Sequence record: MZ311864.1
Length of the DNA stretch: 64,000 nucleotides
Reading direction: 5' to 3' (one strand)
DNA from: Escherichia phage vB_EcoM_LNA4
Shown: positions 36,719 to 46,054 of the stretch, piece after piece
Numbering within the stretch: position 1 is the first letter of the stretch
Layout of the letters: every line of letters starts with the position of its first letter
The notes under the pieces: generated by a model
Database searches by the model: none
What the model was told of the DNA's origin: nothing
What the model saw: the letters and a program-made list of their open reading frames with translations, nothing else
Made by a program: the position numbers and the translations under genes

Positions 36719-37143
36719 TAGAAATCCATCCTACTATGAAGCTCCGCTGACATCTCCTTCACCCACTGGGTGATTGGAATATCCTCGTAAACATCGTCGA
36801 GCAAAGAGTCCGTCAGCAACCAAATGATCGCATTGCGAAGATGCTCATCCGACATGCGGGTGATCCGGACAACATTACCTTCCTGTGTTTTCCAGACGAG
36901 AATCTGCTCTTTCTTTTCAGGCCTTGGAAGCATATCATACCCAGCAGGAGCAATCATAATACCATTACAACCGCACAGGCAACGTGTGATCATCTTTTCC
37001 CGTTCTAGGAACATCAGGGCATTATCAACCACGTCAGTGCTTAGGTTCAACGCCTCTTCGATCACGTAGTGAAAGGTCCATGCCTCAGTTCTCTCCAAAT
37101 CCTCACTCAGGAACTGTAGGATTGCCAGATTAGTTTGATCCAT
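36718..37143 (-). CDS. hypothetical protein
   Basis: 141 aa ORF, start overlaps upstream stop. Confidence 0.45.
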   Translation of the reverse strand: MDQTNLAILQFLSEDLERTEAWTFHYVIEEALNLSTDVVDNALMFLEREKMITRCLCGCNGIMIAPAGYDMLPRPEKKEQILVWKTQEGNVVRITRMSDEHLRNAIIWLLTDSLLDDVYEDIPITQWVKEMSAELHSRMDF

Positions 37144-37495
37144 CTTTATCCCCTTTCAGGTACGAGATAATCCAGTCTGCCGCCTCTTCGTACTTCTCAT
37201 AACCAAAGTATTTACGACGAGAAAAATATGTGTCGTCATCAGGAACATTGGTCTGATAGTTGAAGTTCCCTGGTTGTCCCCAGTACACATTGATCTGGTC
37301 ACTGTTACGGCATTCAGAGAAAGAAACTTGCTTCGAAAGATCATTCTCACAACTGTGATTCCATTTGGTGATGGAGAACCCTTGTTCACGACAGTTTGCG
37401 TATGCCTGAAGTCCTTCTGATAACTCTGGGGCCTTTTCCAGAATAACCTTCAAGATTCCAAAAGCCTGCTTCATGCTTGAATTACTTACGTTCAT
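37130..37495 (-). CDS. hypothetical protein
   Basis: 121 aa ORF. Confidence 0.45.
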   Translation of the reverse strand: MNVSNSSMKQAFGILKVILEKAPELSEGLQAYANCREQGFSITKWNHSCENDLSKQVSFSECRNSDQINVYWGQPGNFNYQTNVPDDDTYFSRRKYFGYEKYEEAADWIISYLKGDKDGSN

Positions 37496-37496
37496 C

Positions 37497-38570
37497 TTAT
37501 TCTCCTTTGATATTCAGCAAGTTACGGACAGCTTCTTCGGCCTTTTGAATACGATCTTCGTAATCACTGCCGGAGATAACCACCACCTTGCTTGTATCGT
37601 AAGATGCTCTGATCATTGTGTCAAGCAAAGAATGTGTTTCTTTACGCTTTTCTGGAGTATCCTGCAAGCGAAGAGGATCAGCAACCCACGGAACCTCTGG
37701 GGTGAGGAACAAGAACAAGTCATAGAAATTGTAGCCCTCTTCACGGCTCAGTGTCCGGAACAGCAGATCTGAGTAATCGATCTTGTCTGCACAAACACCA
37801 GAGAAGTGTGTGATCAGATTTGTGGTGTCGGAGAACATTACCCCACGGTCACCCCAACCTGCCACCTCCATCTCCTTCAGGCGGTGCTCCATTGCAATAC
37901 GCAGGTAATCCTCACGGGTCATTGCAAACTCGCTTGAATGATACTCACGCTCACAGATCAGCCTTCCGATCTCAGGAATCCAGGCAGCACCGAACGTGTG
38001 TGCCAAGTGTTCGGTCATGGTCGTTTTTCCTGTGCTCTCTACACCAATGATAGCCACCTTCTTAATGAAGCGCTTACGTGCAGGCCACGACAAGTGGTAG
38101 AAATTCTTGTACGGGTCATTACGGATCATTGTGGCTGAGACAGGAACAGCTTTACGTTCTGCGTCGATAACAACATGCTTCGCTTCAGGGAAGAACTCAC
38201 TGAAGTAAGACTCGTACTCCGGCTCAGAAGAGAAAGCAAAGTCGTACTTAACGAAAGGTTGTTTTTCACGGATCAGTTTTGCATAAGCAGCACCGCCTTC
38301 AGGGTATCCGGGGATATTCGACTCATCAACGTAGTCAACCTTCACGTTATCCAGACCCTCATCGGCAATAACATCCAGCAGGTCACGATAGCGGTCAGCA
38401 AGGCCCAACTTTGGACGAATCCACTCTGGTTGAGCGTCAACAAATTTCTGGTCATACGACAGGAACAGATACAGGCAACTTACCTGCGAGGCCGCCTGGC
38501 GAATGAACTCAATATGCCCGTTGGTCAGCGGTGCAAATTTTCCGAAGATAAGGCCGCGAGTCATAGTCAT
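37497..38570 (-). CDS. nadR: NadR-like bifunctional NMN adenylyltransferase / ribosylnicotinamide kinase
   Basis: ATG at 38570 with AGAAGG RBS; nucleotidyltransferase motif GKFAPLTNGHIEFI; P-loop IGVESTGKTT in C-terminal half. Confidence 0.75.
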   Translation of the reverse strand: MTMTRGLIFGKFAPLTNGHIEFIRQAASQVSCLYLFLSYDQKFVDAQPEWIRPKLGLADRYRDLLDVIADEGLDNVKVDYVDESNIPGYPEGGAAYAKLIREKQPFVKYDFAFSSEPEYESYFSEFFPEAKHVVIDAERKAVPVSATMIRNDPYKNFYHLSWPARKRFIKKVAIIGVESTGKTTMTEHLAHTFGAAWIPEIGRLICEREYHSSEFAMTREDYLRIAMEHRLKEMEVAGWGDRGVMFSDTTNLITHFSGVCADKIDYSDLLFRTLSREEGYNFYDLFLFLTPEVPWVADPLRLQDTPEKRKETHSLLDTMIRASYDTSKVVVISGSDYEDRIQKAEEAVRNLLNIKGE

Positions 38571-38571
38571 A

Positions 38572-38892
38572 TTATTGATCCTTCTGGCATTTGTAGACTT
38601 GTGACACACGGGTCACAGACTTTTTGGTTGGGTTGATAGATGACCCCTGATACCAGCGAGACTCTTCGCTCAGAACATTCCCCACCTGAGCATCCTTTTT
38701 AGGGATCACTGTGTCGATGCAGGTCTCACCCATACTATCCTTCATATGGGACCAAATGCTCAGAGAAAAACGCTCGATCTTGTTGCACACCTCGACCTTG
38801 CACATAGGTTCGGTCTGGAAATCATCATCTTCTTCCGCATGGGCGGCTCCAACAAAAGCCATAGCCAGCAGAGCAATCGTTAATTTTTTCAT
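38572..38892 (-). CDS. secreted small protein
   Basis: Signal peptide MKKLTIALLAMAFVGAAHA; several Cys. Confidence 0.5.
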   Translation of the reverse strand: MKKLTIALLAMAFVGAAHAEEDDDFQTEPMCKVEVCNKIERFSLSIWSHMKDSMGETCIDTVIPKKDAQVGNVLSEESRWYQGSSINPTKKSVTRVSQVYKCQKDQ

Positions 38893-38925
38893 TTGAATCT
38901 CCTCTTGAGATTATTTGTTCAGGAT

Positions 38926-39132
38926 TTAGTAACGAGACCACTTCACGCGACCACCGTCGCAGATCAGTTTGTTCTCAACGACAACACCATCAGCACTGTT
39001 TGCGAGGCGTTGTTCACCGTTAGGCTTACAATTATGGGTGACGGTATCTGCGATGTCAACAACAATAAACACCGCAACAACAATTATTCCGACAACCACC
39101 AAGGGTTTAATCCAAGGCATGTGACCACGCAT
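38926..39132 (-). CDS. small membrane protein
   Basis: ATG at 39132 with GGAGA RBS; one hydrophobic helix. Confidence 0.4.
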   Translation of the reverse strand: MRGHMPWIKPLVVVGIIVVAVFIVVDIADTVTHNCKPNGEQRLANSADGVVVENKLICDGGRVKWSRY

Positions 39133-39142
39133 TTTATTCTCC

Positions 39143-39337
39143 TTACCAGTTTGAGGCATCAACAATCATTGCACCGAAAATCAGCACAAAGACTTCAAAC
39201 ATGAACATACACAATCCGCCGCCCAGAATGTCGTTAGTTTGTTGCTGGTAGTCTGCTGTATAAGCAAGACCAAGCGTGGTGAGCATTGTCAGTGCCATAA
39301 GGCACAGGACGGCACAAATAAAGTGCGAAAGTTTCAT
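39143..39337 (-). CDS. small membrane protein
   Basis: ATG at 39337 with GGAGG RBS; two hydrophobic helices. Confidence 0.4.
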   Translation of the reverse strand: MKLSHFICAVLCLMALTMLTTLGLAYTADYQQQTNDILGGGLCMFMFEVFVLIFGAMIVDASNW

Positions 39338-39403
39338 AGGTCCTCCGTTATTAACTCCCATAACAATAAAGCCCCTCAACCGTGAAGTCAAGGGGCTTTA
39401 AAA

Positions 39404-39802
39404 TTATTTTTTCAATCCAACAATCCAAGTTAACACGTTGTCTGGTAATTTGGTGATGGTTTTGTACATCTTCACTTCGTCCTTAGTGAGGACACGGATA
39501 TTCTCATCAACACCCACATTATTGTGGTAATCGAAATCAGCATCTCTCTCAATTAAGGTTAGATAATTCCCCTCGCCGGACTCTGGAACATTTCGATGAT
39601 GTTTAGACCAGTAGCGTTCAGCGATAAATAGATCCCCTTTTCGATCCCCCGCTAACTTGACGATAAACTTATTCATAAGCTTATCACGAAGAATTATAGA
39701 CAGGGCATGGGGGTCCAAACTATCAGCCACCCGGAGGACCTCAGCATCGCCCAGCTCCACATCCACGGTTTGCACCGTGGTTTGTGTGCCTTTTACCTTC
39801 AT
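39404..39802 (-). CDS. hypothetical protein
   Basis: 132 aa ORF. Confidence 0.45.
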   Translation of the reverse strand: MKVKGTQTTVQTVDVELGDAEVLRVADSLDPHALSIILRDKLMNKFIVKLAGDRKGDLFIAERYWSKHHRNVPESGEGNYLTLIERDADFDYHNNVGVDENIRVLTKDEVKMYKTITKLPDNVLTWIVGLKK

Positions 39803-39999
39803 GCCTTATCTCCAAGCAGACCTGGGGGGACAGGAAGGTCCTGCCAGTGTGTGACTGTGAGATTATTTCTGAAATCCCCATCATCCCAGCGTCCATCTTC
39901 TGAGCGGAAGGCGATCCACAGGTTCTCACCATCAGTGACCAGAACGTATTTACCCACTGAAGGCAACCAAACTTTGCATGAAACCCAATCAGTAAACAT
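39799..39999 (-). CDS. hypothetical small protein
   Basis: 66 aa, start overlaps upstream stop. Confidence 0.35.
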   Translation of the reverse strand: MFTDWVSCKVWLPSVGKYVLVTDGENLWIAFRSEDGRWDDGDFRNNLTVTHWQDLPVPPGLLGDKA

Positions 40000-40001
40000 A
40001 A

Positions 40002-40475
40002 TTAAATCCTCGCTTTGTTATTTACAATAGTGGAGATAACCGACTGATTAACTCCGTATAACCTTGCTAACGCTCTCGTTCCACGATCCCTTGAATACGG
40101 AACATATGCATCTCTGATCTCAGCCACTTGTAAATCTGTAAGCTTATGATGAGGATGCTCCTCATTCTTAACAGGCTTCAAAAGTCCGGTCTCTGAGGCA
40201 TGTTCCATATTCTCTTTTACGGTTGACCATTCGAGATTATCAACATGGTTGTTCTCTTTGTTACCGTCCTTGTGATTAACAAAGGGTTTGTCATCAGGGT
40301 TGGGAATATACTGCATTGCTACCAGTCTGTGAACAAGAAAGTTCCTAATCTTCCCATCTATAGTTGTATGAACCTTCATGTACCCATTTTTAAGACGGGT
40401 TTGTTTTATGACATTGCCCGTCTTTACCCTGGTAACAACCTTTCCGTCAACACTAACAACGAACAGGCTGTTCAT
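40002..40475 (-). CDS. HNH homing endonuclease (HNH_3-type)
   Basis: HRLVAMQYIPNPDDKPFVNHKDGNKENNHVDNLEWSTVKEN; C-terminal HTH-like region; AAGGAG RBS. Confidence 0.75.
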   Translation of the reverse strand: MNSLFVVSVDGKVVTRVKTGNVIKQTRLKNGYMKVHTTIDGKIRNFLVHRLVAMQYIPNPDDKPFVNHKDGNKENNHVDNLEWSTVKENMEHASETGLLKPVKNEEHPHHKLTDLQVAEIRDAYVPYSRDRGTRALARLYGVNQSVISTIVNNKARI

Positions 40476-40501
40476 AAAACTCCTTATAAATCAATAACCT
40501 G

Positions 40502-43216
40502 TTAATGGCACTCGGCCCAGTTGCGGCCTGTTAAGTAAGCCCCAGTAATCATGACCGGAGAACCCATCATCTTAGCGGCTTTCTCGACACATTTCACAAC
40601 CATCTCACCAACAGGGCAATACTGGATCTTGATCTTGCCGTCTTCACCAAAGATACCTTCGTAAACGGTGTTGCCTTCAGCATCTTTGACCTTTTCCCCA
40701 TTCTCATCCTTGACAGCTTTTCTCCACTCGTGACCGTCGAATACACGGCCCTTTGCTTCCCACTCTGTGACAAAGGCGGTAGCCTCTTCAAGAGTATCGA
40801 ACTTCCATTTCTTCAGGTACTTTTTAGGGACCTGAAGCTGGTATTCATCGTGGTAGTAAATCAGGCGACGAACATCGTCATCATACCATCCACGCTTGAT
40901 CAGTTCCCAGTGCAGCAGGATACCAACCAAGTCGAACAGAGAAGCACCACCATTCTGCTGGTAAGCATTCAGAAGTGAGTGCTTGGAGCGGGTCCAGATT
41001 TTACGACCATCTAAACCAGGAATGTAACGTTTTCCGGTTGCTTCCCAGAAGTTTTCAAGCCACTCTTTACGACCTTTCAACCCAAAGTTACTATCCCAGA
41101 AAGCATCAATTACCGCCTGTGCTTTGTCAAGCGAGATGTTCAGCATTGCTGCAATCTTCGCTGCCTGAGCACCGTACATGATACCGTATGTTACACCCTT
41201 ACCACCGTTACGAGTAACGAGAGTTCCGGACGCTTTGGTGTACGCCTCGGCGTTTCGTGCGTGAGCATCTCCACTTTCCATGATGCGGAGATATTCACCG
41301 CCGTCAAATTGATATGCACCCCATGCGGCGATCATACCTTCCAGGTTGGAACCGTCAATACCTACCTGATAGTATTCATCGGTGACACCCCAAAGCCCTC
41401 GCATCTCTTTACCCAGCAACACCTTAGGATCAGGTTTAGGCATGTTTGCACAAATGGTGTGCTTACAGCGGCCTGTGTTCGTGATCCCAGAGAACCTTGC
41501 TGGAAGTTTACCATCAATCGCCAGGCGAGGGTGGTTCAACAATCCAGTGTCGTTCTTATCCTCGTCGATAGGGTCGAGAACAGAGCGACGGTTACGCAGT
41601 GACAGCCACTTAACAATCTGTTTAGCCAAGTGAACATCAATGCGTTCAAGGTTCGGACATAGCTTACCAAAGTTATCCTTCAACTGTGGTGAGGTAGGCA
41701 ACTGTCGTGCCTTACGTCTGAACTTCTTGAATACCTCAGCATAACCCTTATCAGAGGCATGACGCAAGTCAAATTTTCGCTCAGAGATATTAAATTTTTC
41801 ATCAGAGTTATTCAAGTGCTCAAGGATCAAAGACTTGTACTCAGATTCAGCAAGCTCTTCGATGTATTTACGAACTAGTTCATCCTGTTCCTCATCAGAA
41901 CGGGCTTTTTTGAACTGGTCCTTGGACACATCCTTCACACGCCACAGCGTAGGCTTCCAGCCTGCGTCCCTGATCAGGTATTTCTTGATGTCGTCCTGGT
42001 TAGAGATCTTCATCGGAACCATCAGGTCAGGCATCTTCCCGTTTCGCAAATCCTCTTTAGCCTTCTCCATCAGGTCAGGAGGCAACGGAACAAGGGTGTT
42101 TTCCTTGTTAAGTTGAGACCGGATGAAGTCTGCAAAGTGCATAGGGTCTTCAACACCATTTGCAATGCAGTAGCGCTCTCCCGCTGCACTCACTTCTCCG
42201 TTGGTCTTAAAGGCGGTCTTAGGTGGTCCTTTGAACTCCAAAGCTTCACGATTTACCGGATAACCCAACTTGAATTCTAGCCAGTTCCAGCCGTGGTGTG
42301 AGATGTTTCCTGCACCATCAAACGGGTTAGCTGGGAACTTTGGCTGTTGAGATTTTGTCATCTCTTTCATAGGAAGTAAAGGTTCAACCTCCTCTTCGAT
42401 CTCGTGCATCATAACATCAATGCGATCACGAAGTTTCTCAGCCTCATGCTTGTTGAACGGAACACCCTGAATCTCTTGCTCAATCATCAGGTAATCCGTC
42501 AGCATACGGCGACGAAGAGCGTTTTTCCAGTTAATCTGACGCATACCTTCGGGTTTATCCGTATACATAAACTGCTTATCATCAGGCCAACGAGCACCAG
42601 TGGATTCATCAATCAATGCTTTCCACGTCAGTTCGTTGATCAGAACGTCTTCCCACACACGGTTAACGTACTCCCAGAGTGGTTGGTTACGCCAGTCATC
42701 AATCTGAACTTTCTTGTTCGCTACACGATAACCCCATGCAAGTAAGCCATGCGGCCCCACACGGTCACGCTTCCCTGTCACAGGGTTCAGTACAGAATCA
42801 GGACAACCATTTGGTAACGGGCGGTCTGGGTACAGAACACGACTCATTGACAACGTATCGTACAGGTTGACCTGGGTGTCCCCGATAGTCCCCAGGCACT
42901 TAGGGTCTTTGAACATATCGTATTCAATGCCGGACAGCTTCTTCCAGAGGCGCAGGTCGTAACCAAAGAGGTTATGACACGCAATCCCACGGCAAGTTTT
43001 AAGGAACGCCTCAAGCTCGTCATAAGAGCGGATCGTGAGATTGGCTTCCGTCTTGCTTCGTGCGTATGTTACCGCACTTTCGTACTCTGGGTGTGCAGGA
43101 TCTAAAAACAGATTCCAGTTGTTAACACCATACTCCTTTAACAGGGTGCAGTGGTACTTCGTTACCTCTTCTAACAGGCCATCGGCCTCGTTATCGAGTA
43201 TAAATAAACCTTTTAT
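40502..43216 (-). CDS. DNA polymerase, family A, T7 gp5-like with 3'-5' exonuclease domain (non-canonical start)
   Basis: Motif A DGSNLE, motif B RNGGKGVTYGIMYG, motif C YHDEYQ; frame open upstream of first ATG (42916) and encodes ILDNEADGLLEEVTKYHC Exo I region after an AGGAGG RBS. Confidence 0.8.
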   Translation of the reverse strand: MKGLFILDNEADGLLEEVTKYHCTLLKEYGVNNWNLFLDPAHPEYESAVTYARSKTEANLTIRSYDELEAFLKTCRGIACHNLFGYDLRLWKKLSGIEYDMFKDPKCLGTIGDTQVNLYDTLSMSRVLYPDRPLPNGCPDSVLNPVTGKRDRVGPHGLLAWGYRVANKKVQIDDWRNQPLWEYVNRVWEDVLINELTWKALIDESTGARWPDDKQFMYTDKPEGMRQINWKNALRRRMLTDYLMIEQEIQGVPFNKHEAEKLRDRIDVMMHEIEEEVEPLLPMKEMTKSQQPKFPANPFDGAGNISHHGWNWLEFKLGYPVNREALEFKGPPKTAFKTNGEVSAAGERYCIANGVEDPMHFADFIRSQLNKENTLVPLPPDLMEKAKEDLRNGKMPDLMVPMKISNQDDIKKYLIRDAGWKPTLWRVKDVSKDQFKKARSDEEQDELVRKYIEELAESEYKSLILEHLNNSDEKFNISERKFDLRHASDKGYAEVFKKFRRKARQLPTSPQLKDNFGKLCPNLERIDVHLAKQIVKWLSLRNRRSVLDPIDEDKNDTGLLNHPRLAIDGKLPARFSGITNTGRCKHTICANMPKPDPKVLLGKEMRGLWGVTDEYYQVGIDGSNLEGMIAAWGAYQFDGGEYLRIMESGDAHARNAEAYTKASGTLVTRNGGKGVTYGIMYGAQAAKIAAMLNISLDKAQAVIDAFWDSNFGLKGRKEWLENFWEATGKRYIPGLDGRKIWTRSKHSLLNAYQQNGGASLFDLVGILLHWELIKRGWYDDDVRRLIYYHDEYQLQVPKKYLKKWKFDTLEEATAFVTEWEAKGRVFDGHEWRKAVKDENGEKVKDAEGNTVYEGIFGEDGKIKIQYCPVGEMVVKCVEKAAKMMGSPVMITGAYLTGRNWAECH

Positions 43217-43242
43217 GATTCCTCCTATGCAAGGCTGCTTGA

Positions 43243-43866
43243 CTATACTGTCGCAGCGTCTTGTCTCATTTTATAAGCAATGCCTTTTAATCTCGCAACA
43301 AGATCGGGATTGGCATAATCCTTCTCTTCGTATTCCTCAACCATCTCGGCCAGCAATTTAGATTTTGCTAGCAACCATGCTTTATGGGCCTCCAACGCAG
43401 TCGAAAATCTACCCAGTGTTTTGGAAGATATCTGTGCTCGATAAAGCCCCCTATCTAAAGAAACACCCATTGGCAATCCATTCTTACTTATGGAACAGTT
43501 AACCAATAAGGAATTTAGTTTTTTAGGGACAAAGACACAAGTATCTGGACCATAGACCTTGTTTCCCTCCACCAAGAGGTCTTTATCAAGGTCTAATCCT
43601 TCTCCGTTGAGCCATGCCTCGTGGCATGGTTGTAACTGGACCCACTTTTTAAAACGCGAAAATACTAACCACTCTTCACAGACATAGACATCGGCATATG
43701 TTTTCCTCCTGGTTTTGAATTTTTTAGAAATACCCCTTTCCAACATACTCCTCCAAAGAGTGTGGTACGGGCATCTCCACAAGGTTACCTTTTTTCCCTC
43801 TATTGTTACTGATTTGGTAACGGGATAGTCAGCATCGTTTATACCCATGCCACACTTATTGGTCAT
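43243..43866 (-). CDS. AP2-domain protein, putative homing endonuclease
   Basis: AP2-like segment GVSLDRGLYRAQISSKTLGRFSTALEAHKAW; lies between primase-helicase and polymerase genes. Confidence 0.5.
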   Translation of the reverse strand: MTNKCGMGINDADYPVTKSVTIEGKKVTLWRCPYHTLWRSMLERGISKKFKTRRKTYADVYVCEEWLVFSRFKKWVQLQPCHEAWLNGEGLDLDKDLLVEGNKVYGPDTCVFVPKKLNSLLVNCSISKNGLPMGVSLDRGLYRAQISSKTLGRFSTALEAHKAWLLAKSKLLAEMVEEYEEKDYANPDLVARLKGIAYKMRQDAATV

Positions 43867-43877
43867 AATAATCGTCC

Positions 43878-45893
43878 TTAGAACGGGGTATCATTCTCGA
43901 ATTCTGCGGGGTTAGGAAGCTGAACAGGAGAATCCATAACAGGCGCTGGCACGTTGACCTTGCCTACCGGAGTCTCAAGTTGCAGAGATTGAATCATACC
44001 TTCAGGGCGGAGCATAACCACCCCATCAAGTTTGAACATCCCGTCTTCCCATACCCAACCAGACGCATCAGTGAATTGTCCGTTTTCATCCATGATCATA
44101 GTGTCAGCAACACCAAGTTTTTTGTGTGGGCGGTTCTTCATTACAACCACACGCACACGTCCACGAGAACGGTCTGGCAGTTCTTCTGGTTCAACACCTA
44201 ATACAATCCAGGATAATTGCTCCAGTGCAGCAGAACCACGCAGGTCTTCTTTACGTACAGGATACCAGAAAGGCAACATGTTGCCGTCTTTGTCCTTCGG
44301 TAGCTGAAGTTCCTTACGCTTCATGTGGCTAATGCTGAGAATGAACACATCGTACTGCTTACAGAATGCCGCAAGCTCGGTCATGATGTTGTCCAGATCT
44401 CGACGTTCGTTATCCGACTTAAGGCCAGAGATAACCATGCTGAGGTGGTCAAGGATAATCCACTTACAACCATCCAGGAATACCATCTGCTTCAGCTTCT
44501 GAATCAACTGGTCCGTAGGGATAGAGCCGAAGTGATCAAAGATCTTGATCTTGTCTTCCTTAATCCATCGTTGGTGAATCTCCAGGTGCTGCTCTTCGGT
44601 CAGGAACTGCTCAGGGTCTGCCACGAAAGCTTTAGGGTCAACCTTCAACTCCTCAGCGTACAAGCTGTTTACAGATTCTTCCTCGTCCTCTTCCAGACGG
44701 ATGATCGCAACCTTTTCATGTTCAGTCCAACCATCAAGACGAGGGATGCTCATATCTCGAAGGTAGTTCACAATGGCATACTCGATCTTACGTGAGATTG
44801 TTGACTTACCACCACCAGAAGGGCCAGTTAGTGTCCACAACTCACCAGTACGAGGACCTTTTGTTAACTCATAAAGACGAGGCATACCAGGTAACGGGAC
44901 ACCATCTTTCTTCTTCTTGCGAAGGTTTTCGATGGTAATGTTGCTCAGGCTGATCAGTTTGTCAGGGACATAGCGATCTTCTGCCTTGGAGAACATGTTC
45001 CAGATCTCACGACCCTTACCCGCATCGTACATGTCACGAACGTCTTTAACCCCGGAAGGATCATTTCGTTCATTGGGGTAACGTGCCACAAAGATGTTGT
45101 CTGTCAGCAGGAATGCTGCCACATCGTCTGTTGCTTCTTTACCTTTCTTGACCTTACGTTCCTTTTCCAGAGCGGTTGCTTCATCGTTATCAAAACCGAG
45201 AACAACCTTCTCATAGCCACGAATGAACTTCTCGTTATTGGCAAAGGTATCTACTGCGTTGGCTGTGCCACAGTTTAATCCGACAAACGGTAATGTCGGA
45301 ACACCTGCAATCTCTTCACCGTTCTGAATAGAGGCGATACCTTTCAGAACGCTTGCAGCCCAATCCTTAACACCCTTCGGTGCATTAGGGCTTGCTTGCA
45401 GAGCTTTCACGAACTCAAAACCTGCCTGCCAACCAGCGGTAACATCCCCCTCGCCCTCTACAATGAAGATCTGTTTACGACCTGCGCCCATAGCGGCTTC
45501 GTGTTGACCGAAGAACTGTGAAGCGGCCTTAACAGTCCCCACAACAGAAAAGTGACCTTTCTTCTCTTTCGGCAGGGTCCAGTCACGTTTTTTATATCCA
45601 GTCAGCTTACCGTACTTGTCGTAATATGGCAAATAGGTGGCTGTGATCGTCACACCGTCACTTGGGGATACGGATGAACGGATCTTAAAATACTTTGCTG
45701 CGTCGAGAGAGAGGCTCATTTCAGGAACTGGCAGAATGCGGGTGCCATTGACTACAGATTCCAGGGTCTCTTCTTCACGTTGCTGATAACTCACTCTTCC
45801 TCCACGATTGCCTTTACTTCCAAAATTCTGCGCTTTCGGGTTCTCCTGTCCACCTTGTCGGTAAGCAGCCCAATCCGGACCATTTCCCATCAT
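43878..45893 (-). CDS. DNA primase/helicase (TOPRIM + DnaB-like, T7 gp4-like)
   Basis: TOPRIM IFIVEGEGD and GFDNDEA; Walker A TGPSGGGKST; Walker B WIILDHLS; C-terminal ...EFENDTPF. Confidence 0.85.
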   Translation of the reverse strand: MMGNGPDWAAYRQGGQENPKAQNFGSKGNRGGRVSYQQREEETLESVVNGTRILPVPEMSLSLDAAKYFKIRSSVSPSDGVTITATYLPYYDKYGKLTGYKKRDWTLPKEKKGHFSVVGTVKAASQFFGQHEAAMGAGRKQIFIVEGEGDVTAGWQAGFEFVKALQASPNAPKGVKDWAASVLKGIASIQNGEEIAGVPTLPFVGLNCGTANAVDTFANNEKFIRGYEKVVLGFDNDEATALEKERKVKKGKEATDDVAAFLLTDNIFVARYPNERNDPSGVKDVRDMYDAGKGREIWNMFSKAEDRYVPDKLISLSNITIENLRKKKKDGVPLPGMPRLYELTKGPRTGELWTLTGPSGGGKSTISRKIEYAIVNYLRDMSIPRLDGWTEHEKVAIIRLEEDEEESVNSLYAEELKVDPKAFVADPEQFLTEEQHLEIHQRWIKEDKIKIFDHFGSIPTDQLIQKLKQMVFLDGCKWIILDHLSMVISGLKSDNERRDLDNIMTELAAFCKQYDVFILSISHMKRKELQLPKDKDGNMLPFWYPVRKEDLRGSAALEQLSWIVLGVEPEELPDRSRGRVRVVVMKNRPHKKLGVADTMIMDENGQFTDASGWVWEDGMFKLDGVVMLRPEGMIQSLQLETPVGKVNVPAPVMDSPVQLPNPAEFENDTPF

Positions 45894-46054
45894 CTCTCCT
45901 TAAAATGGCTTAACTACCACAGCTACATACCAATTACCGTCAACGGTGATTCCACCACTAATGTGGTAACCCTTTTCAAAATAGGCATTCAGTCGGTCTT
46001 CAAGATCCTTGATGTCACGACACTGAAGGATTTGTACATTTTTCAACTACCCTC

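Noticed and set aside
42914-42916. First canonical ATG as DNA polymerase start
   Set aside because: It would delete the conserved Exo I region that is encoded in-frame upstream behind a strong RBS.
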